A DNA stretch of 61,905 bases, filler included, from Stramenopiles sp. TOSAG23-6 (GCA_900128565.1; 24 parts of 24 records of this genome joined end to end with filler, not necessarily neighbours in it); one strand, 5' to 3'; shown: positions 23,429 to 34,851, numbered from the whole stretch's first letter. A program made the numbers and translations. The notes: generated by a model not told the origin, from the letters alone.

Positions 23429-25760
23429 TTTTTCGCGAATGTAATCCACACGATTCAGGAGAGCAGTCTCAAATTTTACTCGGAGCGAAGATTTATCCCC
23501 ATTTTTTGATTCCAGTGCGTGTTCCATTATGTGGCGTTCCCGAAGTGCTGTGGAGTCTTCCATTGCTTTCATATCAAGGTCTGCTTTTTCTGCAATTGCT
23601 TCAAGTTCCATTTTTGAAATTTCTGATTGACAAGAAAAATAACTCTGCCATTCAAATTTCAAACGTTTCAGTGTATTTTGCTGCACAGTTTGAAGTTCAT
23701 TAGCATTGGCTCGTTTGGCAGCATTTTCTAGGGCTAGCATTTCTTTTGAATAGTTGACGCGAAGTGATTTCATTCCTTTGGCATATTTTTCATCAATGCC
23801 AATCAATGTTCTCAATTTATGCGCCTGCTCAATTTTCAATTGAAATTGAGTGGATATAAGCTTTACTTCTTCATTGCGGCATTCCTCAGTAAACAACGAT
23901 TTTTCCTTGAGTTTTCTCAGATTTTTGTATGCTTCTTGTTCCATTTTTTTTAATTTTGTCATATCTTTTAAAACCATCTCTTTAGACTCGGCTTCAACTC
24001 TCTTTAGCTCTTGCTCATTTGCATCTAACTTTGCCTCTTGTTTTGTAAATGCGTCTTTGATTTCACATAACTTTTCACCAGTAAGTTTCCCTATCCATAA
24101 GTTAGCTCGAGTCCTCATTTCCATTCTGGTTTGCTCTTCACTCTCTTTTTTATAATCTCTCTCATGACTTCGGAGTAATAATTCGTTCTCAAGTAGCATT
24201 TGGTACCAGTCACGCTGCAAAAGCTCATGCTCATAGACTGCGTATTTTTGTACCTCTAAAATATTCCGATGGATTGCTTCTCGTCTTTTTTTTATTTGCA
24301 TTTGAAAGAATTTTACTTTTGGGATGAAATTTGCTGATATTTTAGTACTCGCATCAGGGTTTTTCATTTCTGTTTTCAATCGAATAAGTTCATGGTCATT
24401 CTTAGCTTCTTCCGTAAACAAAGCATGTATTTTGGTATTAAATACAGCAACTTCATTTCGTTCGCGAGAAGTTATTTGTTTTTCACGAATCTTTTGTGCT
24501 TGTGCTGTAGAGTTCTTCTGTTTGAAAAATATATCTCGACGCAGACAATCAATTTTAGAGACTCGGCTACCCCATTTATTATCAACTTCATTTTGTAATG
24601 CTCTCATGTGCAGATTACCAATTCTGATCTCTTCATTTTGCACTTGAAGTTCAATTTCTTCAAGCTGGCGTTTATACTGAGTTTGTAACAATGATTTTTC
24701 TTCAAGTGCTAATTTTGCGATAGTCGAATTAGCACCACGTGCTAATTTCACCATAGTCGACTTTGGACTACCTTTCAAATCGCCGCTTTTATTTGTTGCA
24801 CTATTAAACTGTTCTACTTCTTCATCTATTTTGCTATGCGACTCTGTCAATTCTTTCTCGATAGTTGCGCAAATACCTTTATGATATTCAAAATTAGTTT
24901 TTGCAAGACTATCTAGCTTTGTTATCCATAATTCGTTGATGTTGCGTCTTAATTGTTGACCATATTTTTTACACTCTCGCTGTTTTGTTTCTAATTTAAT
25001 GTACAACGCCCAAAGATCATTTTCCCATTTCAATTGTGTCCGTTTTTTATCATCTTGAGCAGATCTACGGTCATCTAATAGTTTTCTTTCATATTGGTCT
25101 CTTTTTTCTATGATACTGTGACGCTCTTTTTCTAAAGTTAACCGTCGAGCTTCTGATTTTTGTATTGTATCAAAATGTCCAATATTTATATGTTCGATTT
25201 CTGGATTCGTAAATATACTTTGCATCCTAGAATCATGTGACATTTTCTTTTTCGAAACATTTTCTTTCTTTTCCGATACGAGCTCGTTGGCTTCTTTGGT
25301 ATCAAAGACACCAGCATCTGAAATTGCTTGATCGATAAGCTGCAGAGTATGTTTAAACTTCATACCTCCTTCTAAACCTTTATTAATGAGCTGATGTTCT
25401 AGCGACTCTAGTGCTGCAATTTTTTGATCATACTCAAGTGTTATGCGCTGTAGAGCTTTGGAAAAATCATCTTGAGAATCGCTACTTAGCTTATCAACTT
25501 TTGATGCAAAACCTTTCATGAAAACGACTTCCAAGTCCTTCATGTAATTGGTCCGTGTATTTTGGAAAAATATTTCATAAAAAAAATGTTAGGTACGAAA
25601 TTTCATACCAAAAAAATTAAAAAAAAAAAATTAGAAATTCATATAAAACATACGTGTCCTATATTCTTGTTCCAAAACATGCATTTCATGTTCTTCTAAT
25701 TTTCGTTCCCATCGATCGTGGAGCATCATTTTTTGTTGTTCTGCGCGCAGCTTTTGATCC
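23429..25760 (-). CDS. Long coiled-coil protein, internal exons 25760-25654 and 25554-23429
   Basis: E/K/Q-rich heptad composition; frame kept across family introns. Confidence 0.8.
25555..25653 (-). other. Non-canonical intron GT-AC
   Basis: ACAC|GTATGT...TTCGTACCTAAC...CCAAAATACAC|GG; phase 1 join gives CGG. Confidence 0.8.
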
Positions 25761-25850
25761 ATGTATTTTGGAAAAATATTTCAAAAAAAAACGTTAGGTA
25801 CAAAATTTCGTACGAAAATAAATTCGAAATTGAAAAAAAATAAAACATAC
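25761..25850 (-). other. Non-canonical intron GT-AT
   Basis: Full family consensus; starts exactly at the contig edge. Confidence 0.75.
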
Positions 25851-26221
25851 NNNNNNNNNNNNNNNNNNNNNNNNNNNNNNNNNNNNNNNNNNNNTTAATT
25901 AATTAANNNNNNNNNNNNNNNNNNNNNNNNNNNNNNNNNNNNNNNNNNNNTTTTTTTATTTTTTTTGTTTTTATGGATTTTGTAGAGGAATTTGTAGATT
26001 GTACCTTACGATTTTAAAGAAGATCTTGGCTTGCTGCACATTGCAAACCTTATAACGGCCGCACCCAAAACGGCCGGCCCAAACAGGTACCGGGTAACCT
26101 TTTTTTTGAGTGACACGTCATCGATGACTCGTGTTTGTGTGTGATGAGATATTGTCTACCTCTCTCTTTCTTTCGCCTGCGCTGCTTTTTTTTCTTTTGT
26201 AATTAGACACATTTAGTTACA

Positions 26222-26434
26222 ATGACTTTCGGACTAGCATCATTTGGTAAATTCTTAGGAGAGGAAGCAGCGCGTCCTCAAGGACGTATATTTCTTATGG
26301 GATTAGGTGCTGCTTTTATGGCACTTGGTGTACCTTTCATGCATGCGTCACAGGATGACCTCAAGGCAAGTAAGTGGGCTAAAAAGAATCTCTCAGAACA
26401 TATTAAAGACGATTTACCTTCCAAATCACACTAA
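26222..26434 (+). CDS. Small single-TM protein, possibly mitochondrial ATP synthase 6-kDa (i/j-like) subunit
   Basis: 70 aa with coding-like composition; F..E..R..FL.G-TM-S.DD.K.S.W pattern resembles the plant 6-kDa subunit as I recall it. Confidence 0.5.
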   Translation: MTFGLASFGKFLGEEAARPQGRIFLMGLGAAFMALGVPFMHASQDDLKASKWAKKNLSEHIKDDLPSKSH

Positions 26435-26801
26435 ATTGATGCAGAGTACTTTATAATGTTTTTATTGTATTCTATGAAATTGTGTTGAGTTAAATTCAGT
26501 CGATATTTCTCCCAATATGTCAGTGCGCAGAAGCAAATTCACGGAAACGAAACTAGTTGATGTTGATAGAATATTGTTTGTATGAAAGGTGTATTCTACA
26601 ATGTGATTCGACAATGTTATGGAATGTGCATGTATTTGATTTTAATGCTTTATTTATATAATAATTACATTACAAAAAAGTTTTATGTTTCAATATTGTT
26701 TAAGTTCTTTAAAAGTGTGTTTTGTTTTTCTTCCATTTTCAAAGTAAGTTCTAAAATTCTAGAGCAGATATAATAATTCAATATATGTAATAATTGACCA
26801 T

Positions 26802-26838
<37 letters not shown>

Positions 26839-26879
26839 NAGAGACAATCTAAAATCTTAATATTTCACGTTTATTATGT

Positions 26880-28112
26880 TTAATGATGATTGGCAACTGG
26901 TGGGCCAATATTTTCAAAACATTTAATTTCACCTTTAGATGACGATACAACGATAATTTGTCTCGTTACATTATCCAAGTTAAAAGAGTTGCTACAAATA
27001 GAACATTTTTTACGAATATCATTTGGCAATTCATTTGCTGATGACTTCCATGCATCACGAAGAAATGACATTTCAAGATAGCTTGGGTGCCCAGGAGGAC
27101 GTACACGGGATATAGCAGTAGGAGGCATAAAAATAGCAACAGTTGCTGCAACTTTTGACGTCTCTTCTTCTTTTTCTTTTTCAAAATCTTCTTCGGATAC
27201 GGCAGTACTAATACCTAATACAGTAGTATCAGATAGCACTTCATTTTCATCAAATGCAGAAAATGTTTCATAACTATAATTTTTTCCTCGATATTCACGT
27301 TTTAATAACGAATATTTGGAATATGAACTTTCATTTTTAGTTCTCCATAAATAAATATTTGAGGTTTGTGATCCACAAATAATATGTTCATTACTTTCAT
27401 CTAATGATGCAGCAATCATACCACGTTCTGTATTCAACAATCCTTTATATTTCCACATTGTTGAAAAGTCATCCATTCGAATATATCGAAGTCGACTATC
27501 ATTTGTTGTAACAAGCAGTTCTGTTCCAGCAGATGAAAATTGTAACCCAGTGACTTTTTTACNTTTTTTGTNTCGTCCACTTCGATTACGACATTCAATT
27601 TGTGTATAATATCGCATACGTTTCTCCATATAAAAAAAACANTGTCCATCGTACAAACCTGCTACAACCATATCACCTTTCACATTATATGCAGCAGCTG
27701 TGATTGGACAAGGAGCTAACGCCCATTTGACAACACGACCATCAGGGATGTACCATACTCTTAATTTTTTATCAAAACAACCTGTTAAACAATAACCATC
27801 TTTTTTTGGATGAAATGCAACAGAGGTTACAACACTAGAATGAAGAAATTTACTTAAACATTCAGGACGTGTTGTATGCCATAAACGAACAGTTTTGTCC
27901 ATTGATGCACTCAGTAAAAAATTACCTTTAGACCAAGCTAGATCAATTACATGCTTTGTATGTCCTTTAAAAACACGAAATGGCTTCCCATTCAAAACAG
28001 CATCAGCTTTTAAACGATGTAATTTTAATTCTTCTCTTTCTCGATCTTCTTCAACAGAAACAAGTGAATGTCTTTTTTCTAATGATGCAGAATTCATACG
28101 ACGATGACGGGC
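26880..28112 (-). CDS. WDR44: WDR44-like WD40 protein, last exon
   Basis: GHTKHVIDLAWSKGNFLLSASMDKTVRLWH, VTSVAFHP, LLVTTNDSRLR; family acceptor ATACAT| at 28113. Confidence 0.85.
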   Translation of the reverse strand, partial: ARHRRMNSASLEKRHSLVSVEEDREREELKLHRLKADAVLNGKPFRVFKGHTKHVIDLAWSKGNFLLSASMDKTVRLWHTTRPECLSKFLHSSVVTSVAFHPKKDGYCLTGCFDKKLRVWYIPDGRVVKWALAPCPITAAAYNVKGDMVVAGLYDGXCFFYMEKRMRYYTQIECRNRSGRXKKXKKVTGLQFSSAGTELLVTTNDSRLRYIRMDDFSTMWKYKGLLNTERGMIAASLDESNEHIICGSQTSNIYLWRTKNESSYSKYSLLKREYRGKNYSYETFSAFDENEVLSDTTVLGISTAVSEEDFEKEKEEETSKVAATVAIFMPPTAISRVRPPGHPSYLEMSFLRDAWKSSANELPNDIRKKCSICSNSFNLDNVTRQIIVVSSSKGEIKCFENIGPPVANHH

Positions 28113-28380
28113 ATGTATTTTGAAAAAATATTTCGGAAAAAAAATCGTTAGGTACGAAATTTCGTACGAAAAAAAAACAATTTGAAAAAAAATTATTGTT
28201 TTGAAAAAATATAATGTTAGATATTTGTTGGATATGAAATTTTTCTACATGTCTGTTCCAAGAAAATGAACTATATACTTGTTGAAGAATACATTTGAAG
28301 AATTTCTTATAAAAAAATAAATTCGAAATTCACAATTAAAAAAAAAAATCATTAGGTACAAAATTTTAAAAATTTTGTCC

Positions 28381-28425
<45 letters not shown>

Positions 28426-28612
28426 TTTTTTTTGACNNNNNNNNNNNNNNNNNNNNNNNNNNNNNNNNNNNNNNNNNNNNTTAATTAATTAANNNNNNNN
28501 NNNNNNNNNNNNNNNNNNNNNNNNNNNNNNNNNNNNGATTTTTTTTTCGTACGAAATTTTGTACCTAACAAATTTAAGTTTTTTTTTTTTTAAATATTCT
28601 TCCAAAATACAT

Positions 28613-30936
28613 GCTGTTGATTCTTCTTCGAAACAACTTTGTGAAAATACAAAAAATACTTTTCCAATCCCTAAAAACTCCAACTCTAATCCTTCAACTA
28701 GTTCTTCGAAAACAACAGAGAAAGTATCATCATCAAAAATATCATCTGAAGGGAAACTACATGTATGTTTTATTTTTTTTTCAATTTTTTCAATTTCGAA
28801 TTTATTTTTTTATAAAAATTTTGTACCTAACAAATATTTTTTTTAAATAATTTTCCAAAATACATGTAGCAAATGGTGTTCATCAAAGTATTTTTCCTTT
28901 ACCACAAAATTCAACAGAAATATCTAAAACGTCATGTATAGTTGCATCACCTATTAAACCTATTGAAGCTCTCTCTAAAGATGACAACCATGAGGGAATG
29001 AGTAAAGATGACAACCATGAGGAAACGAGTAAAGATGACAACCATGAGGAAATGAGTACTATGAATAATGAAAAATTTCAAGTGAACACTGAAAATCGTA
29101 CTGAGAATCGGACTGAAAGGGCAGGTACATTTGATGATGAAATTAGGTCACTTCAAATTGCACCAAATGGATCTACTTTTACACCCCAACGGAAATTAAA
29201 GAGATCAACTCCGCCTGGAGATGCGGTCTTTGGAAATTTGCTCCTGAATACACCAAATGCAATTATGATGATGGATCCTTTCTTTACTAAAAGTGTTTGT
29301 AGTAGTATTTCACATGGTACTTCAACAGGTCGACCTCCACGGCCCGAAGCTTCAATACAAAAGTATAAAGATTCTGTCAATGGGAAATATATTCATAATA
29401 GTGTGACCAAATTAGAATCATCGGCACAAAAAAACGATGTAAAAGAAAAAGAGAACCAAAACAGCCATCAGTCACAAAGATGTAAAAATACTATTAATGT
29501 AAAACGCCGAGATCGTACTGACTCAGGACCAGGCAGGATGATACGTGTCGTTTCACGTTCTCCAATATCGGATGGGGGTAACACTGTGAGTGTAACCAAT
29601 GTATGTTTTATTTTTTTTCAAATTCGATGTTTTTTTTTATAGTAAATTTTGTACCTAACGTTTTTTTTTCAAATATTTTTCCAAAATACATCCGGCACAA
29701 AATGAAATTGAGTCCAGTAAAGTTTCATCTGTCGTACTTTTTCATTATGAATTTCATTTTGTTTTTGTTTTTGTTTTTGTTACGAAAATGTATACTTAAC
29801 GAGTTTTTTTAATATATTTTTCACAATACATGCGGCTTCCATCGCAAGCACTGAAAGTCTTCCTGTAGGTTCATTGGGAGCATCTGCACGTGATGGTTTG
29901 ATAATTTCGTCTTCTTTACTTAAATCGCGATCAAATGCGTCGTTGAAGAATGGCGACAACTCTTGTGTAGTTTCTCTCGTTCAGTGTATGGAAAAGAATA
30001 CAATATCAGCCATGTCTTCGAAAATATCTAAAACTACAACAAAATCCAATGGAAATGATATAGATAATAATAACAATAATATTAATGATAACGAAGTTGA
30101 AAAATCTAATTTTCTACAAGAAACAATGAATCCACCAGCAGTTTCTTCATCGCCAAAGTCTATTACTTCGAGTCACGAATTTGAAACAAATCCTCTACGG
30201 TTGAATCGGTCTTTATCGTTTAGCGATGCTGTTTCAAATCGGAGTCCACTAAGACGAACAAATAGACATTTGTCATTTAGTGAAGCGGCAGAGGTTGGTA
30301 ATAGTCCTCCAGTTGAAAGTTATGCTCGTCGTGCGGCGGAATTATGCACTTTAGATGACGTCACTGGTCTTTCCCACTCATTTAGTGAAGATCATACAGT
30401 AAGAAATAATGGTCGAGATAAAGAGCAATTAGTTCAATTGGGAGAAGTGATGAAAAGATTTCAACGTGAACAAGATTATGAATATGAGGAAACTAAAAAT
30501 AGTACAAGTAAATCAATCGATACAATTCCAAAAAATGAAAATAAAGAAGTCTTTAATGCCGATATTGAATGTAAATATAAAGATGGAATTATTTGTGATG
30601 ATAAAAGTAGTCTTGTTGAAAAACATATGAAACGTAATGATCTATACGATGAAAACAAGATGAATGCACGATCAGAAAATACAAATGTTTCGGATGACAG
30701 TGATCAAGATATTAATGATCCGTATGGTACGTTTTCATTATGAATTTCAAATTTATTTTTTTTTTGGTTTTCATACGAAATTTTATACCTAACAAATTTC
30801 GAATTTAATTTTTTTTACAATACATGTGGTGTTCGTCGAATAAGATGTGAGTTAGATGCATCTTTTGCATGCGCGGCATTGGAAAGCTCAACACCTCATG
30901 AAAAGTTGTCCAGACGTCCTGATCCCTCAAAATCAT
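28613..30936 (+). CDS. S/N/T-rich low-complexity protein; exons 28613-28762, 28866-29600, 29692-29733, 29832-30726, 30826-30936
   Basis: Removing four GT-AT introns gives one uninterrupted frame. Confidence 0.75.
28763..28865 (+). other. Non-canonical intron GT-AT
   Basis: TACAT|GTATGT...AAAATACAT|GTA; TACATGTA is present at both junctions. Confidence 0.8.
29601..29691 (+). other. Non-canonical intron GT-AT
   Basis: Family consensus, phase 0. Confidence 0.8.
29734..29831 (+). other. Non-canonical intron GT-AT
   Basis: GTACTT...TATACTTAAC...CAATACAT|, phase 0. Confidence 0.7.
30727..30825 (+). other. Non-canonical intron GT-AT
   Basis: GTACGT...TATACCTAAC...CAATACAT|, phase 1. Confidence 0.7.
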
Positions 30937-31220
30937 GTATGTTTTATTTTTTTTCAAATTCGATTTTTTTTTTATAAAAATTTTGTACCTAACGATTTTT
31001 TTTTTGAAATATTTTTCCAAANNNNNNNNNNNNNNNNNNNNNNNNNNNNNNNNNNNNNNNNNNNNTTAATTAATTAANNNNNNNNNNNNNNNNNNNNNNN
31101 NNNNNNNNNNNNNNNNNNNNNGGTGTTTTAAAAAAAAAATTTTTTTTTTTTTTTTTTTTTTGTAGTAAATTTTGTACCTAACAAAAAACAAAAAAAAAAA
31201 AATATTTTTGTACAACACAT

Positions 31221-31627
31221 CAAAAGAACAACAAAAAATGATTATTGTTGATGTTCTACAAGCTGAATTAAATAATTTGCGGAATTTACAAACCACTCGA
31301 TGTCAATTAGAAAAAGAAAATATAACAATATTAGAAAAAAAAACTCAATTGGATAGAAATTTAGTCGTTGCCAAGGCAAAAATTGATGTACGTTTTTTTT
31401 TTTTAGTATGAATTTTTAGTATTAGGGTTAGGGTTTCAATTTTTTTTTTTTTTTTAAAAAGATTCTAAAATCTCTTTTTAAATGAAATATTATTATAAAA
31501 GTATGCAGAAAGAAAATCTTTAGCTGAATTAAATCAAAAAATTGAGAGTTTGACTGAGCTGAGTGGAAATAAAGGAAGAAAAATGACAAAAAAAATTGAT
31601 TTTAGTTTGAGAAAAAAAAGTATATAA
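31221..31627 (+). CDS. C-terminal exons of a coiled-coil protein (intron from 31388, acceptor near 31501-31504 ambiguous)
   Basis: Open frames KEQQKMII..AKAKID and AERKSLAELNQK..SI*. Confidence 0.5.
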
Positions 31628-32124
31628 AAATTATAGAATTTTTTTTTTTTTTTTTCCACTTTTTTTCAATTTTTTTTCCACTTTTTGTTGTTACAATATA
31701 TACTAGGGTTGGGGATTTGTCTACATTTTTTCTTCCCTGTTCAATATATTTTTAGGGCTATTTGTGGTACACTACTAGCAGCTCTAGTAGTCAATACAAT
31801 TTGAATTAAGAAACTTGTAATTTTCAATCTGTTTTTGGAAATATTTTGTACCAAATATTTTGTACCTAATAGTCTTATATACGAAAAAATGGTACGGATA
31901 CTGAAAAACCAAATGTAAACGGCAAATAAACGGATTCTTGTTCTGGACAACGTCAAAATGTAACTGTATTTTTGCAGTACGTACTGATTTATAGTATAAA
32001 TAGTATAAATATATACTTTTCATAGTTATTACAAGGGTTAGGTGCACAATTACCGTTTATATTCAAAACAACAGAAAAGAATGCTAAACAACTGAATTAT
32101 ACTACAAAAATACATTTTTTTATC

Positions 32125-33050
32125 ATGGTTATATCACAGAGTATTCTTGTTGTACTCTTTCTATTAACCCTAACCCTATTAGTCAGTGACAATGCAACGG
32201 CTAATGACGTCACTGAACCTGGTAGTTTGTTACCGTCTAATCTTCCCTCCGCACCAGCGAGTAATCATCCTCTATCAAACACATGTGGACATGGTATGCA
32301 ATGGAATGATTGTGGTTCTCCTTGTATTACTACATGTCATTATAAACCTGACTATAACGCTGATTCACAATGTGCAGCAACGGAATGCATCCCACGTTGT
32401 GAATGTCCAGTCGATCCAAATGCTTTACGAGAAGGTGACCGATTTGTCTGGGATAGAGTGCTTGGGTGTATGCCATGTACTGATTGTCCACCACGATTGC
32501 CATTAGTATCTGTAAAAAATAAAATGGTTGGTATAGATCCTATGAGCGATCCGAGAGACTGGGATATTAGTACAGTTAAATCTTGTATGTTTTTTCTTTT
32601 CAATTTCGAATTTATTTTTTTTTTTTGTAGGGAATTTTGTACCTAACAAATTTTACCAAAAAAAAAAAATTTAATATTTTCTCACAATATTTGGTTAAGT
32701 CAAGTTGTGAAAACAAATGGCGAAAAAGCTAGTGCTTATGCAAATTCTATTTTAGGTGTGTATACTGGTAAAGTATTGTATAAATTTACACGAACTGAAA
32801 TGTACGTTACACCTAACCCTAACCCTAATTCAAAACATTCAAAAAATTGTGAAATTAAAAATATTATAAAAAAAAAAAATTCAAAATATCAAACCTAACA
32901 AAAAATGTTTTTTTTATTATTTTTACAAAATACATGAATGTTTTACTTGAACGAGAAGATCCATTAGAAGGACAACACATTTTTGATATATTACATGATG
33001 TAATCTGTCCTTTTCACTGCTCTTGTGATTATTATGTTGAAACATTTTAA
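32125..33050 (+). CDS. Secreted protein with TIL (trypsin-inhibitor-like Cys-rich) domain and SAM-like C-terminus; exons 32125-32584, 32693-32801, 32936-33050
   Basis: Signal peptide; WNDCGSPCITTC..C..CIPRCECP..GC...DC; spliced PRDWDISTVKSWL..YTGKVL. Confidence 0.7.
32585..32692 (+). other. Non-canonical intron GT-TT
   Basis: TCTT|GTATGT...TTGTACCTAAC...CACAATATTT|GG; restores W in W..STV..WL. Confidence 0.7.
32802..32935 (+). other. Non-canonical intron GT-AT
   Basis: AT|GTACGT...ACCTAAC...AAAATACAT|G. Confidence 0.75.
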
Positions 33051-33135
33051 ATGTTTTTTTCACTGCTCTTGTGATTATTATGTTGAAACATTTTAAATGT
33101 TTTTTCACTGCTCTTGTGATTATTATGTTGAAACA
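33011..33135. repeat. ~45-bp tandem triplication overlapping the stop codon
   Basis: TTTTCACTGCTCTTGTGATTATTATGTTGAAACA three times. Confidence 0.85.
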
Positions 33136-33438
33136 AAATAAAAAAATTTAAAATATATTTTAAAATATTTTAAAATATTTTTTTTTCTTTCAATAAAAAA
33201 TTGAAATTTTTTTTTTTTTTTTTAATTTTTTATTTTGTTTCAATTTTTTTTCGATGAAATTCCAAATGGTACATTATATTTCGGAAAAACAAAACCACTT
33301 GATTGATGTGCAATTATTGACGGCTTTGGTGGTAACATTACGGGGAACCGGGTAATATTACCACAAGATTGTCCTTCGCCATATTGTGTTGAATTTGCAA
33401 TTTGTCTGGCACGTACTGCATTCATTGTGAAAAATATA

Positions 33439-33485
<47 letters not shown>

Positions 33486-33539
33486 ATTTTTTTAAATTTT
33501 TTTCAAAAAAAAAAAAAAAAATTTTTAAAAAAATTTTTA

Positions 33540-33578
<39 letters not shown>

Positions 33579-33874
33579 CGTAAAAAAATTTCGTACCTAA
33601 CAANNNNNNNNNNNNNNNNNNNNNNNNNNNNNNNNNNNNNNNNNNNNTTAATTAATTAANNNNNNNNNNNNNNNNNNNNNNNNNNNNNNNNNNNNNNNNN
33701 NNNAAATAATAATAAAATCAAAGTATCAAAATTGTCTACATTTTTTTTTTTTTTTTTTTTTTTTTGTAAAAAAAAAAAAAAAATTTTTACCTAAAAATTT
33801 TTTTTTTTTTTTCGTAAAAAAAAAAAAAAATTTGTACCTAACAATTTTTTTTGATAATTTTTTTTACAATATAT

Positions 33875-34424
33875 GTTTAAAAAAGAAACAACGTCAAGTT
33901 TTCCAGGAAAATATGGAATTAAAAGATGAACAGGAGCGACTTGAAGGGGAAGTGAAACGCTTGAAAAAAAAACTGTTTAACCCTAACCCTAATGACATAT
34001 GTTTTATTTTTTTTTTCACAAAAAATCGAATGTTTTTTTTTCGTACGAAATTTTGTACCTAACAAAAAAAATTTTAAAGAAAATTTTGAAATATTTTTCC
34101 AAAATACACGTTGCTACAAAAAAAGGCGTAGAAGGTATAAAATGGTTATCAAAATGTGCAAATGCAGGTAATAGTGAAGCTCAATACGAATTGGGTGATC
34201 GTTTTTTTGAAGGTGATGGTATTGAGGAAGATAAACAAGAAGCTATCAAATGGTATCGTCAATCGGCAACTGGAGGAAATCGAGAAGCACAATTCTGGCT
34301 AGGTAAATGTTATTGTTTAGGTGATGGTGTTGATGAAGACGAACAAGAAGCTATTAAGTGGTTGACTGAAGCTGCTAATGCTGGCCATCCGGACGCACAA
34401 GAAATGCTTGATGAAGAATTTTAA
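33875..34424 (+). CDS. Sel1-repeat protein, last exons 33875-33996 and 34110-34424
   Basis: AQYELGDRFFEGDGIEEDKQEAIKWYRQSA repeats. Confidence 0.85.
33997..34109 (+). other. Family intron with AT-AC termini
   Basis: GAC|ATATGTTTTATTTT...GTACGAAATTTTGTACCTAAC...CCAAAATACAC|GTT, phase 0 in frame. Confidence 0.7.
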
Positions 34425-34851
34425 ATGTTTTGTATCGTATTTCTCTGATTGAAATTTCATAGTATTTTTGTTATTTTTGATATACAAACAGAATATTCAA
34501 TAAAACATTTGAAAATATCGTATTACATAGATAAAAATCAACAAAATTGTTTTTTCTTTTTACACTGTTACAATGGTAATTTAAAAAAAAAACAAAGTAC
34601 AAATACAAAACTAAAAAACTAAAAAACTAAAAAAGTAAAAAACTAAATCATCAATTTTTTTAATGTTTACAATATTTCATATATTTGAAATTTGTCAAGT
34701 AAAAATACAAAACTAAATTATCAAATGTAAGTAAGAAACAAATTTTTGTTCTCCAAACATTTTCCATCTTTATGTTTTTCTTTTTTTTACGGTCAAATAT
34801 TAGTCAAATGTTATTCAAATGTTAGTCAAATGTTATTCAAATGTTTGTAGT

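Noticed and set aside
26805..26838. (TA)n tract and the many poly-A/T runs
   Set aside because: Ordinary microsatellite and homopolymers in AT-rich non-coding DNA.
28761..28863. Reading the whole family as AT-AC introns by shifting two bases
   Set aside because: Equivalent where AT is duplicated, but INO1 (KAPM vs KAPR), HMGCL (LVY vs LMY) and WDR47 (AIR vs ARR) favour the GT register.
33250..33420. In-frame TGA at 33304 as selenocysteine or stop reassignment
   Set aside because: No recognisable protein, and the coding strand is uncertain; long conserved ORFs elsewhere show no in-frame stops.
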